DNA of 64,000 nucleotides from Patescibacteria group bacterium (GCA_040757555.1 JBFLWN010000002.1:83116-147115); one strand, 5' to 3'; positions 18,205-26,294 are shown, numbered from the stretch's first letter. Program-made: numbers and translations. The notes: generated by a model from the sequence alone, not told the origin.

Positions 18205-18864
18205 ATGAGGGATATGGAAAGAAAAAGTGTTGGTTTATATGTAACCATTGCCCTCGTTTTTGTGTTTGCACTCACTGGATTCTTTTTTGTTTTTGATTCA
18301 ATTGGAACTTTACGCGCCGATGTGAGAAATGTCGAAATGGCACTTGAGCTCGCCAATAAAGAGCGACAAGCAACTCCAGTTGAACAACCAATAAAAAAAG
18401 AGGTGCCAGAAATTAAAAATACCACATCATCGGAAGAACAAGCTCCAGAAACAGTTACCAGCGTTGCAACAGTGCCAACAGCGATTCTTATGGATGTCCA
18501 ATCAAGCCCAACACTCCTCCCACAAACAAACCTTTCTCTTTCTGTGGAGAGTATAAGTAAGAACTCAAACAATACCCTCTCGATTAATTTCAAAATTTAT
18601 ACCAATAAAGCAACAGGAAATTCATCAATCGATCCTTCAAAAATATTCAGTATCGTTGCACTCGATGGCAATAATATCGAATCGTTTAAAACAAATGGAC
18701 AGTTTTCTTCAATACCTCCCAAGAGCATGATTTCCGGAAGTATATTATTTAGAATTTCCCAAGCTCAAAATACGGTTATTCTCCAAATTGGATATGGAGA
18801 AAATATAAAGTTCTATGAAGTGAATTTTTCGGAAAAGAGTTATAAAGAAACGGTTATCGGATAA
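18205..18864 (+). CDS. hypothetical membrane-anchored protein
   Basis: Single TM (VGLYVTIALVFVFALTGFFFVF) followed by a Ser/Thr-rich extracytoplasmic region. The start is uncertain (ORF-track start 18151 overlaps the M50 gene). Confidence 0.4.
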   Translation: MRDMERKSVGLYVTIALVFVFALTGFFFVFDSIGTLRADVRNVEMALELANKERQATPVEQPIKKEVPEIKNTTSSEEQAPETVTSVATVPTAILMDVQSSPTLLPQTNLSLSVESISKNSNNTLSINFKIYTNKATGNSSIDPSKIFSIVALDGNNIESFKTNGQFSSIPPKSMISGSILFRISQAQNTVILQIGYGENIKFYEVNFSEKSYKETVIG

Positions 18865-18924
18865 TATCCCAAAAAATTTGCATTTTTTCGAAAAATAGAT
18901 ATAATACTTCTATATATAAAACAT

Positions 18925-19119
18925 ATGCGCGCGTGCGAAAAATGCGAAAAATCATATAAAATGGGAGGAACCAGAAAGCTTCTCCGTGGACATTACAATC
19001 CAACCACTTCAGGAAAAAAGAAGGCGAATTTACAATGGACGAATCTTCTTGTCCCAGGAAAACGATCGAAGGTGTGTACTACGTGTTTAAGAACACTCAG
19101 TAAGACAAAAAAGAAATAA
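18925..19119 (+). CDS. rpmB: 50S ribosomal protein L28 (zinc-binding variant)
   Basis: MRACEKCEK...NLQWTNLLVPGKRSKVCTTCLR matches the bL28 pattern (C..C ... NLQ ... VCTxCL). Confidence 0.7.
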   Translation: MRACEKCEKSYKMGGTRKLLRGHYNPTTSGKKKANLQWTNLLVPGKRSKVCTTCLRTLSKTKKK

Positions 19120-19120
19120 A

Positions 19121-19148
19121 AGAAAAATCCCCGCCTTTGGGGATTTTT
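19121..19148. terminator. Rho-independent terminator (aatccccgcctttggggatttttt)
   Basis: Stem tcccc/gggga plus T6. Lies between the convergent genes rpmB (+) and 19159-19380 (-). Confidence 0.65.
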
Positions 19149-19158
19149 TAATTAACTC

Positions 19159-19380
19159 TTATTTTTTTTCATCAGAATAAAGAGGGCCAGATATCGCTTC
19201 GTCGCCTCTATCTCCAGGATAAGACCTTAAAGGTTGTTTTTCTTCCTCGAGAAGCACAAGGCCATTTTTTGAAGAAAGAATTCCGATTGGAAATATGGCA
19301 CTAAGCTCATATTCCTCTTGTGTTTCTTTTTTTGGATCAAAGGGTTTATTTGGTCCAATTGTTTTATCCGACATATTCAC
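19159..19380 (-). CDS. hypothetical small acidic protein (73 aa)
   Basis: ORF only; no motifs. Confidence 0.3.
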   Translation of the reverse strand: MNMSDKTIGPNKPFDPKKETQEEYELSAIFPIGILSSKNGLVLLEEEKQPLRSYPGDRGDEAISGPLYSDEKK

Positions 19381-19486
19381 CTCAATATATGTTTAAAAAC
19401 TGCTTTATATTCTAAACTAAAAATACAAAAATGTCCACCCGTAACTATCAATATAATTATCTTTGAGTATAATGAAATAGATCTTT

Positions 19487-19557
19487 CGGGCTGTAGTATA
19501 CCGGTAGTACGCATGCATGGGGTGCATGTAGACCGGGTTCAATTCCCGGCAGCCCGA
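19487..19557 (+). tRNA. tRNA-Pro (anticodon GGG)
   Basis: CGGGCTGTAGTATACCGGTAGTACGCATGCATGGGGTGCATGTAGACCGGGTTCAATTCCCGGCAGCCCGA. Acceptor CGGGCTG/CAGCCCG, anticodon stem CATGC/GCATG, loop ATGGGGT, T-arm CCGGG-TTCAATT-CCCGG. Confidence 0.85.
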
Positions 19558-19600
19558 CATAATTATAAAATCTCGCTTTATGCGGGGTTTTATAATTTAT

Positions 19601-19717
19601 GATGTGTTGGGAATTGAAGGGAACCACGAGCGCATATGGGATATGAATAAGCGAGTGGTCCCTGGTTTCGAAGGAGGAGTGAAACGACGGGAGAGAAAAA
19701 TTCCCGGCAGCCCGACA
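19601..19717 (+). repeat. tRNA-Pro-linked repeat unit 1 (inverted T-arm copy at 5' end, direct copy of tRNA 3' end at 3' end)
   Basis: gggaattgaa at 19609-19618 is the reverse complement of the tRNA-Pro T-loop plus stem (ttcaattccc). ttcccggcagcccgaca at 19701-19717 is a direct copy of the tRNA 3' end. Preceded by an AT-rich hairpin at 19558-19600. Confidence 0.6.
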
Positions 19718-19744
19718 ACGGAGAGATGAAAGTTCGCACTTGAG

Positions 19745-19880
19745 TGCGAATTGTCGGAAATTGAAGGGCGGAGCGATGTGTATTCAGCAGAATGCACCGC
19801 GAGCCCGGGCTCGAAACCTTTTTGAGTGACGGCGAAAAAAGAGTTGAGAGAATTCCCCCCATACCGACATAATTATAAAA
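19745..19880 (+). repeat. tRNA-Pro-linked repeat unit 2 (diverged tandem copy of unit 1)
   Basis: ggaaattgaaggg at 19756-19768 and gaattccccccataccgacataattataaaa at 19850-19880 (compare the tRNA's aattcccggcagcccgacataattataaaa). Aligns with unit 1 along its length (GAGCG, TCGAA, GACGG, TTCCC..CCGACA). Confidence 0.6.
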
Positions 19881-19906
19881 AATCCTGTGACAAACAGGAT
19901 TTTTTA
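19880..19906. terminator. Bidirectional terminator (atcctgtgacaaacaggat + T5)
   Basis: 7-bp stem followed by a T-run. Ends the tRNA-Pro/repeat transcript and also the convergent gene 19904-20227. Confidence 0.6.
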
Positions 19907-20227
19907 TTTCATTTTCTCTATCAATCTCATAATCTCACCTCGATGTTTATTAATAATACTTGGGTCTCTAAAGTTTTTTGAAAATTCTACGAGATTGTTT
20001 ACCGCCCCCATAATTGAATCTTTTGTCGGATGATTAAAGTCACCACCAGAATCCGAAAAAGCCTTTTTTACAACTTCTCTGCAGTATAATTTACTTGCTT
20101 CGCTATCGTTTTCCCCGATATTTGCATCGAGACAATGCGCCTCATAAAAACACTGTGAAATCGCATCACGTACCATAAGTGGCGTCACGACCCCATCTAT
20201 GTCAAAACCATAAATAGACTCTCCCAT
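19904..20227 (-). CDS. hypothetical protein (107 aa)
   Basis: ORF directly upstream of ftsX on the same strand; no motifs recognised. Confidence 0.4.
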   Translation of the reverse strand: MGESIYGFDIDGVVTPLMVRDAISQCFYEAHCLDANIGENDSEASKLYCREVVKKAFSDSGGDFNHPTKDSIMGAVNNLVEFSKNFRDPSIINKHRGEIMRLIEKMK

Positions 20228-20239
20228 GTGTTTATTATA

Positions 20240-21148
20240 CTACACGTGTAAATATTTTCTGATTGCTACCACACCAGACACTATCCCCAACCCAACTCCA
20301 AATAATAACTGATAAAGAAAAAGGGAGAAGAAGTTTTCATTGAAATACGTCTTCAAATTTATCTCAGGAATAAAGTTCGAAACATACGGAGAGACAAAAT
20401 TAATGATTGGAATAAATATGAGAAATCCGATAATCGCGGCAATAAACCCATACATAAGTCCCTCGACAACATAGGGACCCCGGATAAAATTATTTGATGC
20501 CCCTACAAGACGCATCACACTGATTTGTTCGCTGTTAGAAAAAATAGCTAATCGGATGGTATTGAATGTGATCATGACTGCAAGAAATGAGAGAAATATA
20601 GTGAGTAATGCCCCTCCATTTTTCACCGTATCAACAAGTGCAACCAAACGATCAATCACCACATGATTCTGTGCATAAGTAACTTTCTCTATAAGATTTT
20701 TGAATACGGGCTTATCCAAATATTCCGCAATGGTGTCATAATGACGCGGATCATTCGCTTTAATATTTATCGATGCGAGAAGTGGATTTTCGTCGAGTTG
20801 TTCAAGAGTCTGGGTAATCACCTCCTCCTCGGCATGCGCTTTTTTAAATTCAGCAAGCGCTTCATCCCGTGAAATATACTGCACCGCCTTCACCTCAACC
20901 AACCCTTCGAGGGATCGTTTTATATTTAAAATTGAATCTTCGGCAACATTACTCTTGAAATACACACTGATATCAATCTTATCTTGTAACGCGCTTACCG
21001 CCCCCTTTGCCATTACATTAAACACAATAAGACCTTCAAACACGATGAGCGCGAGAATCATAATGCCAATTGTGGAAAGCGAAAGCCATCCATTTCTAAA
21101 AAAGTTGCTCACCCCATAACGAATAATTCTTGATATTTTTACCATCAT
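20240..21148 (-). CDS. ftsX: cell division ABC transporter permease FtsX
   Basis: N-terminal TM, large extracytoplasmic loop and three C-terminal TMs. Adjacent to ftsE. Confidence 0.8.
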   Translation of the reverse strand: MMVKISRIIRYGVSNFFRNGWLSLSTIGIMILALIVFEGLIVFNVMAKGAVSALQDKIDISVYFKSNVAEDSILNIKRSLEGLVEVKAVQYISRDEALAEFKKAHAEEEVITQTLEQLDENPLLASINIKANDPRHYDTIAEYLDKPVFKNLIEKVTYAQNHVVIDRLVALVDTVKNGGALLTIFLSFLAVMITFNTIRLAIFSNSEQISVMRLVGASNNFIRGPYVVEGLMYGFIAAIIGFLIFIPIINFVSPYVSNFIPEINLKTYFNENFFSLFLYQLLFGVGLGIVSGVVAIRKYLHV

Positions 21149-21154
21149 ATAAAT

Positions 21155-21838
21155 TTATCCAATAATAAAACGACCATTTGCTTCATCTTTAATAAGACGA
21201 CCCCCATCGACAGTAATGACTCGCTGTCCCAATGTATTTACAATTTCTTTATCATGAGTCGCGAGAATAACCGTGCTCCCCAATTCATTAATCTTCGTAA
21301 GTAATTTTATGACTTCCCATGTATTGAAGGGATCGAGGTTTCCTGTCGGCTCGTCGGCAATAATCACATCGGGGCGGTTAATCATTGCACGCGCAATTGC
21401 CACCCGCTGTTTTTCACCACCGGAAAGTTCTGCGGGAAAATTAAGCATCTTATCCTTAATTCCCACCATTTCCATCACTTGCGGAACAAGTTCATTAATT
21501 TCTTTTTGTGGACGCCCATTCACTTCAAGTGCAAACGCAACATTCTCAAATGCAGTCTTTTTGGGAAGTAAACGGAAATCCTGAAAAATAACACCAATAT
21601 GCCTTCGGAACTCGGGAAGTTCTTTAGATCTCAATTTATTTACCTCATACGAACCAAAAAACACCTGTCCCTTTGTGGGCTTCTCTTCCCCAATTAAAAG
21701 TTTAATAATAGTAGACTTTCCTGCGCCAGAACGCCCCACAATTGAGACAAATTCATTCGGCTGTATTTTAAAACTCACCTTATCGAGAGCAACCATCCCA
21801 TGGCTGTAGGTCTTCGTTACATTTTGAAAAATAATCAT
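21155..21838 (-). CDS. ftsE: cell division ATP-binding protein FtsE
   Basis: Walker [13 protein letters not shown] signature [14 protein letters not shown], Walker [12 protein letters not shown]. Confidence 0.88.
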   Translation of the reverse strand: MIIFQNVTKTYSHGMVALDKVSFKIQPNEFVSIVGRSGAGKSTIIKLLIGEEKPTKGQVFFGSYEVNKLRSKELPEFRRHIGVIFQDFRLLPKKTAFENVAFALEVNGRPQKEINELVPQVMEMVGIKDKMLNFPAELSGGEKQRVAIARAMINRPDVIIADEPTGNLDPFNTWEVIKLLTKINELGSTVILATHDKEIVNTLGQRVITVDGGRLIKDEANGRFIIG

Positions 21839-21877
21839 AGAAAAACTCCTTTGAGGAGAATCTGAATTTATTATACC

Positions 21878-22579
21878 TTATTTCATATTCTCTAACAAAT
21901 CTAAATCCCCATCCAATACCTCTTCTACGCGAGAAATTTTAATCCCCGTCGCATGATTTTTGACTTGTTTATAGGGATGCAACACATATGATCGAATTTC
22001 ATGTCCCCACTCTGGTTTTACCTTCACTTTCAGATTCTCTATGGCGGTTTCGTGTTTTTCTTGCATAAGTGCAATAAGTTTAATCTTCAAAAGTTCCATT
22101 GCCTTATCCCTATTCGCGCTTTGTGAGCGCTCCGATTGCGAAGAAATCACAATTCCAGTCGGTAAATGACTCACCCGCACGGCAGTTTCCACTTTATTTA
22201 CATTTTGCCCACCGGGCCCCGATGAACGGAAAAAATCGGTTTTTATATCTTTCTCGGGAATCTGGATTTTTGAAACTTCCACCTGTGGCAAAATCGGCAA
22301 CACTTCAACAAGTGCAAATGAGGTGTGTCTCAGTTTTTTTGAATCGAACGGAGAAATACGTACCAAACGATGCACCCCCGATTCCCCTTTCAAATATTCA
22401 TACACCCCATCACCCCTCAGAGAAATTGTGATATCATTCACGAATTGTTTTTTCCATCCTTTTTTATCCGCGCATTTTTCATACATCCGAAGAAGCATCT
22501 GTGCCCAATCTTTTGCATCATCTCCCCCTGCCCCCGCGAGCACCGAAAGATACACGCCGTTATAATTTGTTGAATTCAT
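21878..22579 (-). CDS. prfB: peptide chain release factor 2 lacking N-terminal domain 1 (233 aa)
   Basis: SPF tripeptide (RISPFDSKK) and GGQ (SSGPGGQNVNKV). Begins at the residues that follow the frameshift site in canonical RF2 (YLSVLAGAGGDDAKDW). An in-frame stop lies 2 codons upstream and only 30 nt separate it from the upstream gene. Confidence 0.8.
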   Translation of the reverse strand: MNSTNYNGVYLSVLAGAGGDDAKDWAQMLLRMYEKCADKKGWKKQFVNDITISLRGDGVYEYLKGESGVHRLVRISPFDSKKLRHTSFALVEVLPILPQVEVSKIQIPEKDIKTDFFRSSGPGGQNVNKVETAVRVSHLPTGIVISSQSERSQSANRDKAMELLKIKLIALMQEKHETAIENLKVKVKPEWGHEIRSYVLHPYKQVKNHATGIKISRVEEVLDGDLDLLENMK

Positions 22580-22608
22580 ACTTTAAAAACTTTATGGACT
22601 TTATAAAC

Positions 22609-24387
22609 TTAAACCACTTCCGCCTGATAACAACTCTCACAATAGACAATCTCTGTTCTATCGGGAGAATAATTTGTTTCAAACCCATTTGGACAAGAAT
22701 CCTTTCCGTGAATATGTGTAGAAGTATTTTGGTATATTCCATTTTCTGATTTCTCACCTCCACACTGACACTTTCGATACCAATGTTTTATCGTATTACG
22801 ACGTTTTAATCTAGTATAATGCCGACAATTGGGACAAAGCCGCGGAAGCGGAATATTCATAAGTTTATAAAATTCAAGTTCTGACCGAATAATTCTAAAT
22901 GCTGTTGTACAATTATCTTTACATTTTCCTTCATGAGCGCACCCAATAACCTCGTCAAGGATACCGTCACCCGCATCTTTCGCATATGCAGGAAGTTCAC
23001 TTGGTTTTCTTGTAATAGAGTAATTCTTTGTATCAACTATGTGCCAATTAAATCCATTTTCCATTGCCTCTTCCATTGTGAATGGTAAATGTTCTTGATC
23101 CGGAGTCTCATTATATCCAAGGGGTGAAAACTCTGCGGGAAAAAATTCTCCATACTTGTAACTCCTTCCTATTTTATCCTTATAAGGTACCCCACTCATC
23201 TGCTGAACCAATTTTTCAACGAGTACCCCATATTCTTCTTTTGAATATTGTTTGTTGAGAATACAGTATTGTTTATTCCGAAGACCAAAACATCCAAAAC
23301 AATCCGAGGTGGAGATGCAGCTCCCACAATATTGAAGATTTTTTACATTCGTCCAACATTGAAAGCAAAATTTAATATTATATGCACCATCACCGATTTG
23401 ACTACTTTCATACACCAATTCATTACCGATAAAAGTGGAAAGATCATAACAATCTTTATTGGGGCCCGCCTGAAGATACTGACAATACTTAATATCTTCG
23501 CCATCTCTTATTAAAAATGAATTTTTTACATTTTTTGATTGATTAATATAATCCCCCGTAACATCTACATTTTTTGTTCCCTCCATAAATTTTACCGGAA
23601 AATTAAGCCAAAAATTTATTGCCTTCATTTTATATTCCTCAAACAGATCATAGGAACCAGAGAAAATTTTTTTTATTTCTTCTCCATATTCTTCTTTTGA
23701 ATATTGTTCGTTAAAAATACAATAACTTTTGTTTCGCATATTTACACACCCAAAACAATCAGAACATCCCCTTAAATTCTTCGAAAAATAAATATCAAAA
23801 CAGTCTTCACAATTTTCTGAATACACCGCCCTATTGCACCGCGTAAGCCAGAATCCTTCATAACAGAGTTCACTGTGAGAAATATGGGAGTTGTCGAAAC
23901 AACTCTTCGAATAGTCGATGCCGTTTGAATATGCAGAATCTTCCGAATAATTCCCGTTAAAACAAAGATAGCAATTTTTAAAGCCGGTACACTGATTCGA
24001 ATAATCACTTGCTACCGGGTTTATTACGCTTTTTGCGCGCCAAGGAACATCATGCCAAAGTTCAAGAATTTGTTGTAAAAAAGGTTTTGTGAAATCAATA
24101 TTTCTTCCATAATCCATTGGATCCCATTTATCAGAATTCCATATATCGAGTTCATACACCTTTATAGGTGCATCCGGAGCACATTGAGAAAAAATCATTT
24201 CCCCAGAAAAATCGCTTTTTCGCTTGTACAGAAAATGCTCATTACGAAATGCAAATCGTCGTTGAAAACGACATATCGGACACCACGTTGGTGGAGGCAC
24301 ATCTATTTTTTTGTAGAAATCAAAATCTTCACTCTCAATAGTGAAGTTATTATGGCAATTCTGACACGTTTTTACCTCCGAACTCAT
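22609..24387 (-). CDS. Cys-rich multi-zinc-ribbon protein, paralog 3 of 5 (about 592 aa)
   Basis: MSSEVKTCQNCHNNFTIESEDFDFYKKIDVPPPTWCPICRFQRR. Central CSDCFGCVNMRNKSYCIFNEQYSKEEY and CGSCISTSDCFGCFGLRNKQYCILNKQYSKEEY. C-terminal LCPNCRHY...CESCYQAEVV. The second and third N-terminal CxxC pairs are lost (SDFSGE, ELDIW). The start was trimmed from the track's 24495 because that extension reads through a tRNA-Thr 3'-end copy. Confidence 0.75.
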   Translation of the reverse strand: MSSEVKTCQNCHNNFTIESEDFDFYKKIDVPPPTWCPICRFQRRFAFRNEHFLYKRKSDFSGEMIFSQCAPDAPIKVYELDIWNSDKWDPMDYGRNIDFTKPFLQQILELWHDVPWRAKSVINPVASDYSNQCTGFKNCYLCFNGNYSEDSAYSNGIDYSKSCFDNSHISHSELCYEGFWLTRCNRAVYSENCEDCFDIYFSKNLRGCSDCFGCVNMRNKSYCIFNEQYSKEEYGEEIKKIFSGSYDLFEEYKMKAINFWLNFPVKFMEGTKNVDVTGDYINQSKNVKNSFLIRDGEDIKYCQYLQAGPNKDCYDLSTFIGNELVYESSQIGDGAYNIKFCFQCWTNVKNLQYCGSCISTSDCFGCFGLRNKQYCILNKQYSKEEYGVLVEKLVQQMSGVPYKDKIGRSYKYGEFFPAEFSPLGYNETPDQEHLPFTMEEAMENGFNWHIVDTKNYSITRKPSELPAYAKDAGDGILDEVIGCAHEGKCKDNCTTAFRIIRSELEFYKLMNIPLPRLCPNCRHYTRLKRRNTIKHWYRKCQCGGEKSENGIYQNTSTHIHGKDSCPNGFETNYSPDRTEIVYCESCYQAEVV

Positions 24388-24446
24388 ACCAAAATTATAG
24401 TAGAAAACACCATAAAACAAAAATATTTCTTTCAAAATATTTTTAG

Positions 24447-24600
24447 TTGAGCCAATGGTCGGCAATTGAACGTCGCTTTTCAAACTCCCTGACACCTTGC
24501 GGTTTCAGTGCTTCCACCACGGGAAAACTCCCGTTTTCCCGATCCCTTTCCCGTTCAAATCCGACACGCAATAAAAAATACTCTTTTCAGAGTGTTTTTT
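24447..24600 (-). repeat. tRNA-Thr-linked repeat unit (AT hairpin, inverted T-arm copy, direct copy of tRNA 3' end)
   Basis: Minus-sense order after the tRNA: hairpin aaaaaacactctgaaaagagtatttttt; then gtcggatttgaac (revcomp of the tRNA-Thr T-arm gttcaaatccgac; plus-strand coordinates 24553-24565); then a spacer; then gttcaattgccgaccattggctcaa at 24447-24471, which copies the tRNA's last 16 nt ccgaccattggctcaa. Confidence 0.55.
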
Positions 24601-24607
24601 ATTATTG

Positions 24608-24680
24608 AGCCAATGGTCGGATTTGAACCGACGACCCACGCTTTACGAAAGCGTTGCTCTACCAACTGAGCTACATTGGC
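24608..24680 (-). tRNA. tRNA-Thr (anticodon CGT)
   Basis: GCCAATGTAGCTCAGTTGGTAGAGCAACGCTTTCGTAAAGCGTGGGTCGTCGGTTCAAATCCGACCATTGGCT. Anticodon stem ACGCT/AGCGT, loop TTCGTAA. Confidence 0.85.
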
Positions 24681-24726
24681 GATACACCCTTTTAGTCCCC
24701 GACCGAAATCGTCGGGGAATACAAAG

Positions 24727-24963
24727 TTACTTTATATTTAAAAGAGACGCGATTTTTGATTTATCAAAACCAATGATAATTTTTCCATCGATATCAATGA
24801 CAGGAACTCCAAGCTGACCCGACTTCTTAATCATTTCTTCCTGTGCAGGAATATCAGTCATCACGTTTTTTTCTTCAAACTGAACATTATGTTCGGTAAA
24901 ATATGCCTTTGCCATCTTACAAAACACACATGTGGGGGTTGAATATACAATCACTTTTGCCAT
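24727..24963 (-). CDS. glutaredoxin/NrdH-like thiol-disulfide protein (CVFC motif)
   Basis: MAKVIVYSTPTCVFCKMAKAYF...GVPVIDIDGKIIIGFD is a glutaredoxin fold signature. Confidence 0.7.
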   Translation of the reverse strand: MAKVIVYSTPTCVFCKMAKAYFTEHNVQFEEKNVMTDIPAQEEMIKKSGQLGVPVIDIDGKIIIGFDKSKIASLLNIK

Positions 24964-25045
24964 AATAAATTATTTTTAAATACCGTCCGACCTCACCACG
25001 GTATGTACCGAATATATCACACCAAAATTTTTTCGCAATAATGGA

Positions 25046-25480
25046 TTATTTTAATACCATGAGTATCGCACCAATAGTCACAAAAAGCGCACCAATCCCC
25101 GATTTTAACGTGAATTGTTCACCTAAGAAAATAAGGGCAAAAATGAGTACGAATACAACACTCAACCGATCAAGTGCGGCAACTGCAGACGTTGGTCCTG
25201 TTTTTAGGGCAAAGAAATAAAAAAACCACGAAAGTGCCCCGGCAATACCAGAAAGCACAATAAAAAGAAGGGGTTTATTTCCTATAGTGGAAAGAAGACT
25301 CCCCTTTCCAAGTGCAAGCGATACACACACAAGAAAAATAGCCATTACTACCGCACGAACAGAAGTCGCAAGTGTGGTATCAACACTGGTAATTCCAATT
25401 TTTCCCAATATTGCCACCAGCGCAGCAAACACCGCCGAAAGAATTGAAAATAATATCCACAATGGCATAAATTTATTCAT
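25046..25480 (-). CDS. small EamA/DMT-like membrane protein (4 TM)
   Basis: Four hydrophobic helices and a GxxxA-rich EamA-like half-transporter. Confidence 0.5.
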   Translation of the reverse strand: MNKFMPLWILFSILSAVFAALVAILGKIGITSVDTTLATSVRAVVMAIFLVCVSLALGKGSLLSTIGNKPLLFIVLSGIAGALSWFFYFFALKTGPTSAVAALDRLSVVFVLIFALIFLGEQFTLKSGIGALFVTIGAILMVLK

Positions 25481-26030
25481 TTGTGTTAACCTGTTTTTCT
25501 TGTGCTACTCCTTTTGGTTTGTATGGATTCAAGAGAAGATACACAAGATATACAGAAACCCCACCAACAACGAATCCACCGATGATATCGAGTGGCCAAT
25601 GCACTCCCGCAATAATACGGGCACATCCGTTTACGATCGCAAATACAAAAACCCATTTTCCCCATTTTTTATCGAATAACCATAATGCAAACGCAAGTGC
25701 AAAGAAAAATGCAGCATGTCCAGAAGGAAAAGAATGACTACTTTCTTCAAGTAGTGGAACAAATCCAAGTGATTCAAATGGTCTTTGTTTCAAATAAAAA
25801 TATCGAATCACTTCCGTAAGAATTCCTCGGGAAAAGATAAGCGAGAGCACAACAAAGAAAAACATATAAAACCTCTCTTTGAGATTTTTATGGAGTAATA
25901 AAAATATCACAACCGCAATACATACAATATATGCAAGATATTTTGAAAGAAAAACAAAAAGAACGTCGAGGATTCCCGACACTCCTAAAAGTTTATGGAA
26001 AATTCCAAAGAGCGCACCATCAAAAGCCAT
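25473..26030 (-). CDS. PAP2-family phosphatase (phosphatidic acid / undecaprenyl-PP phosphatase-like)
   Basis: PSGH (SFPSGHAAFFF) and the SRxxxxxHxxxD-like RIIAGVHWPLD motif. Integral membrane protein. Confidence 0.7.
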   Translation of the reverse strand: MAFDGALFGIFHKLLGVSGILDVLFVFLSKYLAYIVCIAVVIFLLLHKNLKERFYMFFFVVLSLIFSRGILTEVIRYFYLKQRPFESLGFVPLLEESSHSFPSGHAAFFFALAFALWLFDKKWGKWVFVFAIVNGCARIIAGVHWPLDIIGGFVVGGVSVYLVYLLLNPYKPKGVAQEKQVNTNE

Positions 26031-26045
26031 AGATATATTGTAATA

Positions 26046-26294
26046 CTATCGACGTACAAATGGGAGCAATCCAGCAATTCTCGCGCGCTTTATTCCGTTT
26101 GCAAGATGACGCTGATGTTTTGCACATACTCCGGTATGTCGAGGATCGATTATTTTTGCCTGGCCAGAAACAAATCGTTTCAAAAGCTCAATGTTACGAT
26201 AATCAATTTCCTTTACGTTTTGTGAACAAAAAAAACATTGTCTCATATTTTCTAAATTATATATAATTACACAATTCACCACTCCCGTTTTCAC
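26046..26294 (-). CDS. rpsR: 30S ribosomal protein S18
   Basis: CFFCSQNVKEIDYRNIELLKRF...GVCAKHQRHLANGIKRARIAGLLPF. Sits in an rpsF-ssb-rpsR arrangement. The true start may be the internal MRQCFFC at 26246. Confidence 0.8.
   Translation of the reverse strand: MKTGVVNCVIIYNLENMRQCFFCSQNVKEIDYRNIELLKRFVSGQAKIIDPRHTGVCAKHQRHLANGIKRARIAGLLPFVRR

Noticed and set aside
19560-19880. Considered whether the structured region after tRNA-Pro is a tmRNA (ssrA) or a second, intron-containing tRNA
   Set aside because: There is no GGGG...acceptor/T-arm closure typical of tmRNA, no plausible tag-peptide reading frame ending in a hydrophobic C-terminus plus stop, and no TTCRANN T-loop with a complementary stem in the downstream copies. 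The region is better explained as two repeats derived from the tRNA 3' end.
24388-24495. ORF-track N-terminal extension of Cys-rich paralog 3 (MSGSLKSDVQLPTIGSTKNILKEIFLFYGVFYYNFG)
   Set aside because: This stretch is translation through a copy of the tRNA-Thr 3' end (ccgaccattggctcaa) and its flanks. The other four paralogs start at the conserved MNSE(A/T)KQCQNC, which corresponds to M37 here (24387).
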